NCBI GenBank assembly: GCA_963514005.1
Contig: OY740826.1
Span: forward strand, 2,542,001 to 2,606,000
DNA from: Raja brachyura
Lineage: Eukaryota
Reading direction: 5' to 3'
DNA length: 64,000 nt
A program made the position numbers and the translations under genes. Positions 1-12,050 of the stretch are shown piece after piece. Under the pieces are notes generated by a model. It did not search any database and was not told the origin of the DNA. It saw only the letters and a program-made list of their open reading frames with translations. The number at the start of each line of letters is the position of its first letter. Positions within the stretch are counted from its first letter, which is position 1.

Positions 1-209
1 TAAAAATAAATTGGATAGGTATATGGACAGGAAAGGAAAGGTTATGGTCTGAGTGCAGGTAGATGGGACCTGGTGAGAGTAAGTGTTCGGCACGGACTAG
101 AAGGGCCGAGATGGCCTGTTTCCGTGCTGTAATTGTTGTATGGTTATATAGTTATATGGTTATATGGACCCAAAATTACTCACAATATTGAGTACAATAC
201 ATACTGAGA

Positions 210-604
210 GTCATGGGAGAGGGAGACACAGAAATACCTTTCTGTCCCGGGCCTCCTTCACTGTTGGAGTCGGGCCCAACGCAAATTAGGGAACAGCACC
301 TCATATTTCGCTTGGGCAGCTTACATCGGTACGCTTATCGACTTCTCTAACTTCGTAGCCTTGCTTTCCCTCTTTCTCCATCCCTCCCCTTTCCTATTGT
401 ACGACCAGTCTGACTGTCCCCTTGATCAAATCTTATCTCTGTTTGCTTCGTTGTCACCTTCTCCTAGCTAACAACGATCTATTCTACATTTTCATCCAAA
501 CTCATTCCCTTTGTATTGTTTTCACACCTTAACTTCCTTATCTCTGTCCCTCTCTCTCCCCTGACTCTCAGTCTGAAAAATGGTCTTGACCCAAAACATC
601 ACCC
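210..604 (+). mobile_element. Penelope-like element 3' fragment (GIY-YIG tail and degenerate hammerhead); target of the DIRS insertion
   Basis: Encodes EQHLIFRLGSL-like endonuclease C-terminus and ends in ctgaaaaatggtcttgacccaaaacatcaccc. Paralogs at ~9460-9870 and ~49850-50265. Confidence 0.75.
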
Positions 605-800
605 ATTTCATTTCGGAGTCACGTGAGTGACTTCGTGAAGAGCCCGCCGGCGCGCATGCTCGACATATCGTCGTACCGCGTTGCTGCGACGGCTGGCGGT
701 GGAGCGCGCTCCTCGCCAGCCCTTCAGAAGGGGCCACGGAGGTGAGTATTCTACCTTTAGTTGGTGGTCCTTGTTGTTGGTTTTGTCTTGCAGCAAGGAC

Positions 801-2538
801 ATGGATGGGAGTTCCAAGGGCCGGAGGACGTCAGGACGAGTTCGCCGGTCAACAGTTCCGGGGCCTTTACCATCGGCAGTACCTGCAACGCAGGCCGGGA
901 CTTAGGCGGAGATGTGGGTAAGCCCTGTGGTTACAGGTCCAGATCCGCCAGCACACCACAGCTCGGAGGAGTTCGACGAGGAGGAGTGTGGTGTGCCGCC
1001 AGAGCAGGAGGACCCTGCCATGGCAGTCAGGTCGTCAGCAGGCTCGCTGGCGAACTCGAGCAGTGGGCGTGCGGCTGCACGGCCCATTACACTCAGCCCT
1101 CCGAGTGGGGGAAGGGCAGGAGCCCAGAAGCCTAACACTACCAGGGCTAAGGCATTGCCTGACACGGAGGAGCGGTCAGGTTCCAGGGCGAGACCCGGGG
1201 CGGCTGTGAGGTCCAGCCGGCACACCCCGACTCTCGACACCGGGACGGGTCGGTTGAGTCGGGTCTCGTCACGGTCGCCGAGCCCCCCATGGATGGGTGG
1301 GCGAGACCATGCGTCGGCAAAGTCCACAATGTGGGCAGCCGGCAAGCCTGCGCGGGCTTCAGGTAGCCATGCTTCGGCTGGTGCCGACACCACGCCGCAA
1401 GTGCCCTTAGTGGCAGCGGCGTCAGCTCCCGCTAAACGGAGGCGGTTGAACACGCCCGCGCGGGAATCGCGCAGTTTCGCCTCGGCGGCTGTTAGCGACA
1501 ACTACCGGCACCGGCAGGGCCTCGATGAGGTGCGGGCCGATGATAGGAGCCCGGTTTTCTTTCAGAGCCGGAGGACTCCGACCACCTGAGTGTTCAGGGT
1601 GAAGGGCGTATTGACCGTATGGAGCGGCTGCTGGAGCTCCTGCTTTAAATTCAACAACAGCAGGGCAGCTACAGGCACAGGGCGTCGTCACCAGCCTCTA
1701 CCATCAGCCTGGAGCAGCAGGAGGAGGAGGTTTTGGTGGATTCCATACCATCTCCGTTGGAGGTGCCAGCGGAGGATCTTCTGGATGTGGCGACCAAATT
1801 TGCGGCCCCACATTCGTCTGGACTTCCTTTAAACGCAAAGCTGGCAGCCACTGTGGACTTTCTTAACAACCAGCAACTACAGGAAGAAGTCCTCATTCAG
1901 GCAATGAGCTGTCACAAGGCTCCATCCAATTGCAACTCCCTCAACGTGCCTGTGGTCAATACGCCGATATGGGGCAACATCAGTGCGGCTATCCGTCAAC
2001 AAGAGGTAAAATTGCAGCGGATCCTGAAGCTCCTCACGGCCGGTATTACCGCCTTTGCGCGGTCGGTGGACGGGGACGAACTGAATTTGGACCAGGAAGA
2101 TGCTCTGGCCCTCCTGTGCGCGACCCAGCACGAAATCAACGGGTTTCGCAAAACCAGCATCCGCCCAACGCTCAATCCAAAGTTTGAGGATTGTGCAAAC
2201 CACCGCCACCGCCCCCGCCCCGTCAGCTCTTTGGGGAGGACCTCTCGAAGAGAGTCAAAGAGCTTGACGAACAAGCCAAAACGGTGGGGATCATGCGCTC
2301 TCAGAATGCCCCCGCACCGTCAGGCTCAAAGTCTCCATACATTCGATCACGAGGGTCTGCTAGTACCTCGACGAGGACCCACCCTCAAGCTCCACCACGA
2401 CAGCAACATCAGACCCAGCACCAGGGGTCTTTTTTAGGACAGGGTCGGCAGAGACCCTGGTGGAAAATGAAGACGCCGCGCCCTCAAGCCAACCCAGCAC
2501 CTCCACGTCCACCCATGCGTGTCAAGGACCGCCGGTAA
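801..2538 (+). pseudogene. DIRS ORF1 (gag-like), disrupted
   Basis: Pieces 681-905, 912-1589, 1733-2437 and 2191-2538 are broken by an in-frame TAG at 903 and by frameshifts. Conserved DIRS-gag-like segment PSNCNSLNVPVVNTPIW...LQRI...LFGEDL. Confidence 0.75.
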
Positions 2539-4136
2539 GCACGGAGGTGAGGGGGTCTGGTTCTCTCTTTTCTCTCTGTTTAACTTCACATGTTGGTGGT
2601 CGCCTTCGGTGGTTTTTGGGTGCATGGGGTAATTTTACTGGTGACGAGTATGTGTTGCAGAATATTCAGGGGCATAAAATTGAGTTTATTAATGGCGACA
2701 TTCCTCCATCCCAGCACATGCCCGCTCGAACGTTTAAATTATCTGCTGCAGAACAGGCAGCAGGCTACAAGGAACTTTTAAGTCTTGAGCAGAAGGGAGT
2801 GATTGAGAGAGCGGTGCATGAGCCAGTTGAATTTGTTTCGAATATATTCACCAGACCTAAGAAGGATGGAGGTTGTTGTGTCATTATTGATCTAACCCGT
2901 TTGAATACTTTTGTAACATATACTCATTGTAACATGGATACGTTTGAAACAGCCAAATCATTGATTTCTCATGGTTGCTTTATGGCATGCATCGATTTAA
3001 AAGACGCATATTATTCCGTATCCATCCAGAAATATGACAGAAGGTTTTTGAAATTCATCTGGATGGGGCAACTCTGGCAGTACAAGGCTTTGCCTAATGG
3101 GCTCACCACAGCCCCTAGATTGTTCACTAAATTAGTGAAACCAATTATGGCTTATTTGAGACAACGACACCATATAGTTATGGCCTATTTAGATGATATC
3201 TTAATTGTGGGCCACACCCTGCAATTGGCTGAACAGGGTGTTGCAGCTGCTGTCAATATATTTCAACAATTAGGGTTTATTGTCCATCCAGAGAAATCAA
3301 AGTTCTACCCTGCCCAGGTGATTAATTACCTAGGGTTCACGGTGAACTCTATGAGCATGAGGGTTACCATTCCAATTAACAAGATTGAGGAGGTTACCCA
3401 GGTGTGTCAAGATTTAATCCGCACCAATGTACCATCGATTCGGCACTTAGCTACAATAATTGGGAAGCTTGTAGCTTTGTTTCCGGCAGCGCGATATGGA
3501 CCTTTGCATTATCAGAATTTGCAAAGAGCTAAAATTGCTGCGTTAAAACAGAACGCTGGTCATTATGATCGGTCCATGCAGCTGCCGCCCGAAGCGATAA
3601 ATGAGTTGCAATGGTGGGTGTGTCACATTAGCAGCTCATTCAAGCCTATTAGGGAGGCTAACCCGGTGGTATATTTGCAAACTGATGCAAGCTCCAATGG
3701 CTGGGGAGCCACGGATAATTGCTCTAGTTGTGGTGGCAGATGGGACACCCTTGAATCAACGATGTTGTTAACTCAAGGGATTAACTATTTGGAGTTGCTG
3801 GCAGCATTCCACGGACTTCGTGCGTATTGTTCCAAGCTTGTTGGAGCACATGTCCGTCTCCAAATAGACAACACCACAGCAGTAGCATATTTAAACCATA
3901 TGGGTGGTACCAGGTCAGTTTCGTGTGACAAATTGGCTAACTCAATTTGGCTCTGGTGTGTTCAAAGAGACATTTGGATTTCAGCTACCTATTTGCCAGG
4001 TGAGCTTAATACTGTGGCGGACACCAGGTCACGCAAATTTAATGACAATATTGAATGGATGTTGCATGCTGAGATTTTTTCTAAAGTCACAACAAATTTG
4101 GTAAACCGGACATTGACCTTTTTGCGTCACGGTTGA
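2460..4136 (+). CDS. DIRS reverse transcriptase / RNase H
   Basis: RT motifs KKDGG..IIDL, IDLKDAY, LPNGL..APRLF and YLDD; RNase H motifs TDAS..GWG, INYLEL, DNTTA and NTVAD. Confidence 0.92.
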   Translation: MENEDAAPSSQPSTSTSTHACQGPPVSTEVRGSGSLFSLCLTSHVGGRLRWFLGAWGNFTGDEYVLQNIQGHKIEFINGDIPPSQHMPARTFKLSAAEQAAGYKELLSLEQKGVIERAVHEPVEFVSNIFTRPKKDGGCCVIIDLTRLNTFVTYTHCNMDTFETAKSLISHGCFMACIDLKDAYYSVSIQKYDRRFLKFIWMGQLWQYKALPNGLTTAPRLFTKLVKPIMAYLRQRHHIVMAYLDDILIVGHTLQLAEQGVAAAVNIFQQLGFIVHPEKSKFYPAQVINYLGFTVNSMSMRVTIPINKIEEVTQVCQDLIRTNVPSIRHLATIIGKLVALFPAARYGPLHYQNLQRAKIAALKQNAGHYDRSMQLPPEAINELQWWVCHISSSFKPIREANPVVYLQTDASSNGWGATDNCSSCGGRWDTLESTMLLTQGINYLELLAAFHGLRAYCSKLVGAHVRLQIDNTTAVAYLNHMGGTRSVSCDKLANSIWLWCVQRDIWISATYLPGELNTVADTRSRKFNDNIEWMLHAEIFSKVTTNLVNRTLTFLRHG

Positions 4137-4468
4137 ACCATCAGGTACCAACCTACGTTTCATGGGAACCAGATCCTGGGGCAATAGCGCTAGATGCATT
4201 CTCGCTGGACTGGGGGAATTGGTTTTTCTATGCCTTCCCCCCGTTTTGCCTCATCAGTCGGGTATTGCGAAAGATTCAGGCAGATGCTGCCAAGGGCATC
4301 CTTATTATACCCGACTGGCCCACACAGCCTTGGTATCCGGTGGTCTTTGACATGCTCAACGAACCTTGGGTCCTTTTGAAGGGTTGCCCACAATTGGTTA
4401 CTCACCCTGTCTCAGGGGAGCCACATCCCTGCCATGGCTATTTAAAGTTGTTGGCTTGCAGGTTTTGA
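4100..4468 (+). pseudogene. DIRS DNA N6-adenine methyltransferase-like (MT) domain, frameshifted from RT/RH
   Basis: Reads GKPDIDLFASRLN...DAFSLDW..FFYAFPPF...IIPDWPTQPWY, the typical DIRS MT domain. It is out of frame with the RT ORF near 4095. Confidence 0.85.
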
Positions 4469-4476
4469 ACAGGCCG

Positions 4477-5349
4477 TTAGTCCAATACGGCCTCTCGGCT
4501 CGGACCATGGATACCATCGGGGCGTCGTGTCGAGAGTCCACAAGGCGAAGATACCACTCGCATATTAAGAAGTGGGAGGCCTACTGCAGCCGCTCTCGCA
4601 TCACATAGGATGACGTGACAATAACCGACGTCCTGGAATTCCTCGCGGGGTTGCACCATGATGAACACTTAAGTTACAGTGCCATCAACAGCGCCAGAAG
4701 TGCGCTATCATTCTACCTCAATATTGGGGTAGGATCCAACAGGCTAGTGTCCAGACTCATGGAAGGGCTCCAACTGGACCAACTCACCATGAAGCTGGTG
4801 ATGTTACTAGCGCTGACTTCAGCTCAGAGGGTACAGACACTACACAAACTTCGTGTCGACAGAATGACTTCTACCCCTACAGAAGTAGTCTTTTTCATTG
4901 ACGAGCTACTAAAGCAGCATAGACCTGGGTGCGCAGGGCTGCAGCTGAAGTTCCCGGCATACCCCGCAGATGCTAGGCTATGTTTAGCCTCACATATCCG
5001 CCACTATGTTAAGGTGACGGCACGCATCAGAGGAATGGAGAGATACCTGCTTGTCACTCATAAGAGACCTCATCATCGAGTGACAGTCCAGATGATATCC
5101 ATGTGGCTTCCAGTCGTCTTGGGTAAGTCAGGTATCGACACTAATGTGTTCAAGTCTCTTTCCACCAGGGCTGCATCAACGTCAGTGGCGAGGGTCATGG
5201 AGGTGCCCATGGACCAAATTCTCGCCACAGCAGGATGGGCTAATGAAGCTGTGTTCCAGCGTTTTTATAACAAGCCTGTTGCTGCTCCTCTACAGTTCGC
5301 AGAAGCCGTGCTGAATGCAGGTCAAGAACGTGGAGAAGTCCCAGCATGA
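4477..5349 (+). pseudogene. DIRS tyrosine recombinase (YR), disrupted
   Basis: Motifs SAQRVQTL, LLKQHRPG, LSTRAAS (HxxR His replaced by Leu), AGW and RFY; stop codon at 4606-4608. Confidence 0.88.
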
Positions 5350-5490
5350 GGGGTTTTGATTTGTTATTAATAACTCTGCTCTTGTTTTGCAGTATGAACT
5401 ATTGAGCAAGATTGTTCCTCCCATCCATCCCTGGTAGTTGTGTGTCAGCATGGACGGGGTCCAGGGCGTGTAATCACAGAAGCTTTGAAG

Positions 5491-5603
5491 TCTTCACGAA
5501 GTCACTCACGTGACTCCGAAATGAAATAGTAAGATTGAACGAGAACTTACCAGTTCGAAGGTTGATCTTTATTTTATGAGAAGTCGAAGTGAGGGATTTC
5601 GTG
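5491..5603 (+). repeat. DIRS internal complementary region (ICR)
   Basis: 5491-5524 is the reverse complement of 608-641. 5525-5603 is the reverse complement of the element 3' end (~5748-5826) with 1 mismatch. Confidence 0.95.
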
Positions 5604-6154
5604 CCCTCCTCGCCCAACCCTCAATCACCTTCATCTGGTAATCTTAGTCAATTCAATCTTACTATGCGAAGTCATTTCTATTGTTGGTTTCTGTGATTCC
5701 ACGCCGCTACTTTGAAGTATGTCGAGCATGCGCGCCGGCGGGCTCTTCACGAAATCCCTCACTTCGACTCCTCATAAAATAAAGATCAACCTTCGAACTG
5801 GTAAGTTCTCGTTCAATCTTACTATTCCTTCTCTCTGATTCTCAGATTCGGGGACAATTTCTTCCCAGCTGTTATCAGACAACTGAATCATCCGACTACA
5901 CCCAGAGAGCAGCGCTGAACTACTGTCTACCTTTTTGATGACCCTCGGACTATCCTTGATCAGACTTTGCTGGTTTTACCTTGCACTAAACGCTATTCCC
6001 ACATCTGTACACTGTAAATGGAACAATTGTAATTATCTGTAGGATGGCGCTGAGTTACTCCAGCGCTTTGTGTCTATCTTCAGTGTAACCAGCATCTGCA
6101 GTTACATTACTACACAAAGTATTTCAGTGATCAGACTCTGCACAAAGTCGCAAC

Positions 6155-6326
6155 TCAGCTGAACTGGTGGTCGTTTGTGGGAACGAGCGACAGACACGGA
6201 ATTACGTTCCTGTGTTCTACCCGCTGGTCGAGTATCGACTGACAAACATTCAGGGGACCAGTGTCCTCATCCTCAGGGGCCGTCACTGTGTGGAGAACAC
6301 GAATGTGTAGAGGAGTAGATATGCAT
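6155..6326 (-). other. Orphan putative terminal exon, copy 1
   Basis: Strong acceptor tttatttccgtttccag followed by non-repeat sequence open for 56 codons in phase 2. Parent gene not identified. Confidence 0.45.
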
Positions 6327-6374
6327 CTGGAAACGGAAATAAAATAAGGAAGTATTCTTTTATCAGCAAACGGT

Positions 6375-7453
6375 TAAGTAAATAAGTAAGTAAGTAAGTT
6401 TATTGGCCAAGTATTCACGTACAAGGAATTTGCCTTGGTGCTCCGCCCACAAGTAACAACATGACATACAGTGACAGTTATGAATGACTCAGAAAACACT
6501 AAACAATAATAATAATAAAACATTAATGATAAAATGCCAGGATTACGTTTCTGATTTTCAAACCTGCAGTAAAACTCATTCAGGTCATTGGTCAGCTGAT
6601 GATTGTCCAAAGAGCGGGGGACTTTCCTCGTGTAGCTGGTAATTTCTTGCAAGCCCTTCCAAACTGAAGAGTCTCTAGCTGAGAACTTGCTCCTCAACTT
6701 CTCAGAGTACCTTTCGTTAGCAGCTCTGATTCATCTTCTCAGCTGGTCCTTGGCCTGCCTGCAGAGGTCTGCATCCCCGCTTCTGTAGGCCTCCTCTTTA
6801 GACCGTTGGAGCTGTCTGAGTTCTGCAGTGAACCAGGGCTTGTTGTTGTTGAACCAGGTCCGGGTCTTAGTTGTAATGCAACTGTCCTCGCAAAAGCTGG
6901 CATATTATGATACAGTGTCCGTATACTCATCGAGGCTTGTGGTTGCTTCCCTGAACACATTCCAATCCGTGCAGTCAAAGCAGGATTGTAGGTTCTCAAT
7001 GCCCTCGCTTGTCCACCTTTACGTTGTTCTGACCACAGGCTTAGCAGCTTTTAGTTTCTGCCTGTAGGTCGGAATAAGGTGAACTAGACAATGATCAGAG
7101 AGACCCAGACCCGCCCGGGGAATAGAGCCATATGCGTTCTTGGTTGCCGTATAACACTGATCGAGTGTTCTCTCCCCTCTGTTGGGGCAGGTAACATGAA
7201 GTCTGTATTTTAGAAGGTCACAGCTGAGGGTAGCTTTGTTAAATTCCCCCAAAACAATAACCTTGGAGTCCGGGAAGTCACTCTCTACCCTAATTACCTG
7301 GTTAGCGAGTTGCGTTTGCGCCTCACGTACGCAGGCTTGGGGGGGAATGTAAACTCCAGCGAGAATAAAGGAGTTAAATTCCCTCAGAGAGTAGAAGGGT
7401 TTACAGTTTATAAAGAGGGATTCTAGGTTGGGAGAGGAGAAATTTGACAGTAC
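6375..7453 (-). mobile_element. Rex1/Babar-type LINE fragment (RT deleted)
   Basis: APE endonuclease motifs GVYIPPQA, VLGEFN and SDHCLVHL; (TAAG)n 3' tail. Confidence 0.85.
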
Positions 7454-7454
7454 C

Positions 7455-8030
7455 ATGGGGGTGTGGGAGGGAGTTGGGGGAGGTGGGGTGGGGAGGAGGG
7501 TGTCTGGGGGAGGGGGTGTGGGGGAGAGGGGTGAGGGAGGGGATGCGGGGGAGGGGGGTTGGGGCAGGGGTGTGTAGGGGAGTGGTGTGTAGGGGATAGG
7601 ACGATGTATGGGTGGGTGGTGTATGGGAGGGGGGTGTAGGGGGAGGGGGTGTGGGGGAGGGGGGTTGGGGAGGGGGGTGTGGGGGAGGGGGGTGTGGGGG
7701 AGGGGTGTGTGGGGGAGGGGGGTGTAGGGGTGGGGTGTGTAGGGGTGGGGTATGAAGGGGGGTGGTGTATGGGAAGCGGGGTGTAGGGAGGGGGGTGTAT
7801 GGGAGGGGAGTGTAGGGGAGGGGGTGTAGGGGAGGGGGTGTACGGGAGAGGGTGTATGGGAGGGGGTGTAGGGGAGTGGGTTCAACAGCCCACACCCTGC
7901 TGCTTCAGATTTATTCTCGGTGGCTTCTGGACGGTCGCCATGTGAACCGTTTTTGAGCAAATTTAAAAACAACGCAGAGCGGAAGTGGTCAAGATGAGAG
8001 TTTTAGTAATAGTATAGATAGAAGATAGAT
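7455..8030 (-). mobile_element. Non-autonomous Helitron 5' portion with C/G-rich internal repeats
   Basis: Minus strand starts TCTATCTATACTATTACTAAAA, matching the 5' end of the complete element at 35220; low-complexity (ccctaca)-type repeats follow. Confidence 0.6.
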
Positions 8031-8219
8031 TTTATCAGGATGCATTGCAGCTTGCTTTGGAAACAGCCCCATTCGAGACCACAACAGGTCCTTCGGCCCA
8101 CCATGTCCATGCCAGCCCTTTTATCGGCCCATCTATTGGTATGATTGTATAATTGCCATATGTACCAGAATTCAGTGTTTGCACGCAACCCAGGCAAGTC
8201 GTACTGTACAAAGTCATCA

Positions 8220-8725
8220 ACGATAGGAGCAGAATTAAGCCATTCGGCCCATCAAGTCTGCCTCACCATTCAATCATGGCTGATCTATCTCTATCTCCTT
8301 ACCCCATTCTCCTGCCTTCTCCCCATAACCTCTGACACCAAAAACAGATCAAGAATCTATCCGTCTCTGCATTAAATAATCCACTGACTTAGCCTCTACA
8401 GTCTACTGTGGCAAAGAATTCCACAGATTCACCACCCTCTGACTGAAGATATCCTTCCTCATCTCCTTCCTAAAAGAACATTCTTTAATTCTGAGGCTGT
8501 AATCTCTAGTCCTAGACTCTACCACTAGTGGAAACATCCTCTCCACATTCACTCTATCCAAGCCTTTCACTATTCTGTATGTTCCCCCCTCATTCTTCTA
8601 AACTCCAGCGAGTACAGACCCAGTGCTATCAAACGCTCATCATATGTTAACCCACTCATTCCTGGGATCATTCATGTAAACCTCCTCTGGACCCTCGCCA
8701 GAGCCAGCACATCCTTCCTCAGATA
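8220..8725 (-). mobile_element. CR1 LINE 3' fragment
   Basis: Typical CR1 C-terminus and 3' UTR (VVNLWNSLP; cagccatgattgaatgg). Paralog at 49290-49830. Confidence 0.8.
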
Positions 8726-9420
8726 CTGTGCACAGTTCCCTGAAGGTGGAATCTCATATAGATAGGGTGGTAAAGAAAGCTTTTGGTGTGCTGGCCTTTA
8801 TAATCAAAGCATTGAGTACAGAAGTTGGGATGTAGTGTAAAAATAGCACAAGGCCAATTCTGGAGTACGGTGCACAATTTTGGTGGCCAAATTATAGGAA
8901 AGATGTCAACAAAATAGAGAGAGTACAGAGGAGATTTACTAGAATGTTGCCTGCGTTTCAGCAACTAAGTTACAGAGAAAGGTTGAACATGTTAGGTCTT
9001 TATTCTTTGGAGAGCAGAAGGTTAAGCGGGGACTTGATAGATGTCTTTAAAATGATGAGAGGGAGAGACAGAGTTGACGTGGATAAGCTTTTTCCATTGA
9101 GAGTAGGGAAGATTCAAACAAGAGGACATGATTTGAGAATTAAGGACAGAAGTTTAGGGGTAACATGAGGGGGAACCTCTTTGCTCAGAGAGTGGTAGCT
9201 GTGTGGAATGAGCTTCCAGTGGAAGTGGTGGAAGCAGGTTCGATTATTATAATTTAAAAATAAATCAGATAGGTATATGGACAGGAAAGGAAAGGTTATG
9301 GTCTGAGTGCAGGTAGATGGGACTTGGTAAGAGTAAGTGTTCGGCACGGACTAGAAGGGCCGAGATGGCCAATTTCCGTGCTGTAATTGTTATATGGTTA
9401 TATAGTTATATGGTTATATG
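8726..9420 (+). mobile_element. CR1 LINE 3' fragment with (TATATGGT)n tail, absent from the 49.8 kb paralog
   Basis: Encodes LSYRERL..LGLYSLE.RRL.GDLI. The tail is also present at 1-170. Confidence 0.85.
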
Positions 9421-10188
9421 GGGCCCAAAACTGCTCACAATATTGAGTACAATACATACTGAGAGTCATGGAAGAGGGAGACACAGAAATACCTTTCTGT
9501 CCCGGGCCTCCTTCACTGTTGGAGTCGGGCCCAACGCAAATTGGGGAACAGCACCTCATATTTCGCTTGGGCAGCTTACATCGGTACGCTTATCGACTTC
9601 TCTAACTTCGTAGCCTTGCTTTCCCTCTTTCTCCATCCCTCCACTTACCTATTATACGACCAGTCTGACCGTCCCCTTGATTAAATCATATCTCTGTTTG
9701 CTTCGTTGTCACCTTCTCCTAGCTAACAACGATCTATTCTACATTTTCATCCAAACTCATTCCCTTTGTCTTGTTTTCACACCTTCACTTCCTTATCTCT
9801 GTGCCTCTCTCTCCCCTGACTCTCAGTCTGAAAAACGGTCTTGACCCAAAACATCACCCATTCCTTCTCTGATTCTCAGATTCGGGGACAATTTCTTCCC
9901 AGCTGTTATCAGACAACTGAATCATCCGACTACACCCAGAGAGCAGCGCTGAACTACTGTCTACCTTTTTGATGACCCTCGGACTATCCTTGATCAGACT
10001 TTGCTGGTTTTACCTTGCACTAAACGCTATTCCCACATCTGTACACTGTAAATGGAACAATTGTAATTATCTGTAGGATGGCGCTGAGTTACTCCAGCGC
10101 TTTGTGTCTATCTTCAGTGTAACCAGCATCTGCAGTTACATTACTACACAAAGTATTTCAGTGATCAGACTCTGCACAAAGTCGCAAC

Positions 10189-10360
10189 TCAGCTGAACTG
10201 GTGGTCGTTTGTGGGAACGAGCGACAGACACGGAATTACGTTCCTGTGTTCTACCCGCTGGTCGAGTATCGACTGACAAACATTCAGGGGACCAGTGTCC
10301 TCATCCTCAGGGGCCGTCACTGTGTGGAGAACACGAATGTGTAGAGGAGTAGATATGCAT
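10189..10360 (-). other. Orphan putative terminal exon, copy 2
   Basis: Appears identical to 6155-6326. Confidence 0.45.
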
Positions 10361-10408
10361 CTGGAAACGGAAATAAAATAAGGAAGTATTCTTTTATCAG
10401 CAAACGGT

Positions 10409-12050
10409 TAAGTAAATAAGTAAGTAAGTAAGTTTATTGGCCAAGTATTCACGTACAAGGAATTTGCCTTGGTGCTCCGCCCACAAGTAACAACATGACA
10501 TACAGTGACAGTTATGAATGACTCAGAAAACACTAAACAATAATAATAATAAAACATTAATGATAAAATGCCAGGGTTACGTTTCTGATTTTCAAACCTG
10601 CAGTAAAACTCATTCAGGTCATTGGTCAGCTGATGATTGTCCAAAGAGCGGGGGACTTTCCTCGTGCAGCTGGTAATTTCTAGCAAGCCCTTCCAAACTG
10701 AAGAGTCTCTAGCTGAGAACTTGCTCTTCAACTTCTCAGAGTACCTTTTGTTGGCAGCTCTGATTCATCTTCTCAGCTGGTCCTTGGCCTGCCTGCAGAG
10801 GTCTGCATCCCCGCTTCTGTAGGCCTCCTCTTTAGACCGTTGGAGCTGTCTGAGTTCTGCAGTGAACCAAGGCTTGTTGTTGTTGAACCATGTCCGGGTC
10901 TTAGTTGTAATGCAACTGTCCTAGCAAAAGCTGGCATATTATGATACAGTGTCCGTATACTCATCGAGGCTTGTGGTTGCTTCCCTGAACACATTCCAAT
11001 CCGTGCAGTCAAAGCAGGATTGTAGGTTCTCAATGCCCTCGCTTGTCCATCTTTTGGTTGTTCTGACCACAGGCTTAGCAGCTTTTAGTTTCTGCCTGTT
11101 GGTCGGAATAAGGTGAACTAGACAATGATCAGAGAGACCCAGACCCGCCCGGGGAACAGAGCTATATCCGTTCTTGATTGCCGTATAACACTGATCGAGT
11201 GTTCTCTCCCCTCTGGTGGGGCAGATAACATGAAGTCTGTATTTTAGAAGGTCATGGCTGAGGGTAGCTTTGTTAAAGTCCCCCAAAACAATAACCATGG
11301 AGTCCGGGAAGTCACTCTCTACCCTCATTACCTGGTCAGCGAGTTGCGTTTGCGCCTCACGTACGCAGGCTTGGGGGGGAATGTAATCTCCAGCGAGAAT
11401 AAAGGAATTAAATTCCCTCAGAGAGTAGAAGGGTTTACAGTTTATTAAGAGGGATTCTGGGTTGAGAGAGCAGAAATTTGACAGTACCCTGATGTCGCTC
11501 CACCAGCCCTGGTTGGTATAGAAGCATATTCCACCGCCTCTTGATTTCCCCGCTGCCTCCACTTCGCGGTCCGCTCTGTGAAGTTGGTAGCCAGCCAGTT
11601 GCAGCGCGCTGTCCGGGGTCAACTCACAAAGCCAGGTCTCGGTGAAACACAGGGCAGCAGCTCGAGAGAAGTCCTTGTTTGTCCGAGTTGCAGTTCGTCC
11701 ACTTTGTTCTTGAGAGAACGTACGTTTGCGAGGAATATGCTGGGGAGTGGTGTGCGTGATCCTCGTCGCGGAGTCGATGAGTGCTCCAGAACGCTTCCCA
11801 CGGGTCCTCCTCCATATCAAGACCTTGAATGCAACTACAGTCCCACCGACGAGTATGTCCAAATAATCCAGCGTGTGAGAGAAATCCGGAACAATGTTTG
11901 GAGGCACCGTATGTCCGATGTTTATGAATACATCTCTCATGAAAGTAATCTTTGTAGAGTTTTCACAGACGACACAAATGAACAAACACATACAAAACAG
12001 CAAGGAGCAGTACACCGTGGCCGCCATCGTCGGCGCCAGCAGCAGCTGCA
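10409..12050 (-). mobile_element. Rex1/Babar-type LINE (5' leader and APE; RT deleted)
   Basis: Hydrophobic leader MAATVYCSLLF..., then RGKRSG, LPSIFLANVRSL, CFTETWL and GGGICFY; (TAAG)n tail. Confidence 0.88.

Larger units (their letters stand above)
605..5826 (+). mobile_element. Full-length DIRS1-type tyrosine-recombinase retrotransposon (coding-defective)
   Basis: ORF order gag, RT/RNaseH, MT, YR. Inverted terminal repeats 632-667 / 5718-5753. Internal complementary region 5491-5603 matches both termini. ATT at both junctions; empty paralogous sites at ~9860 and ~50253. Confidence 0.95.
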
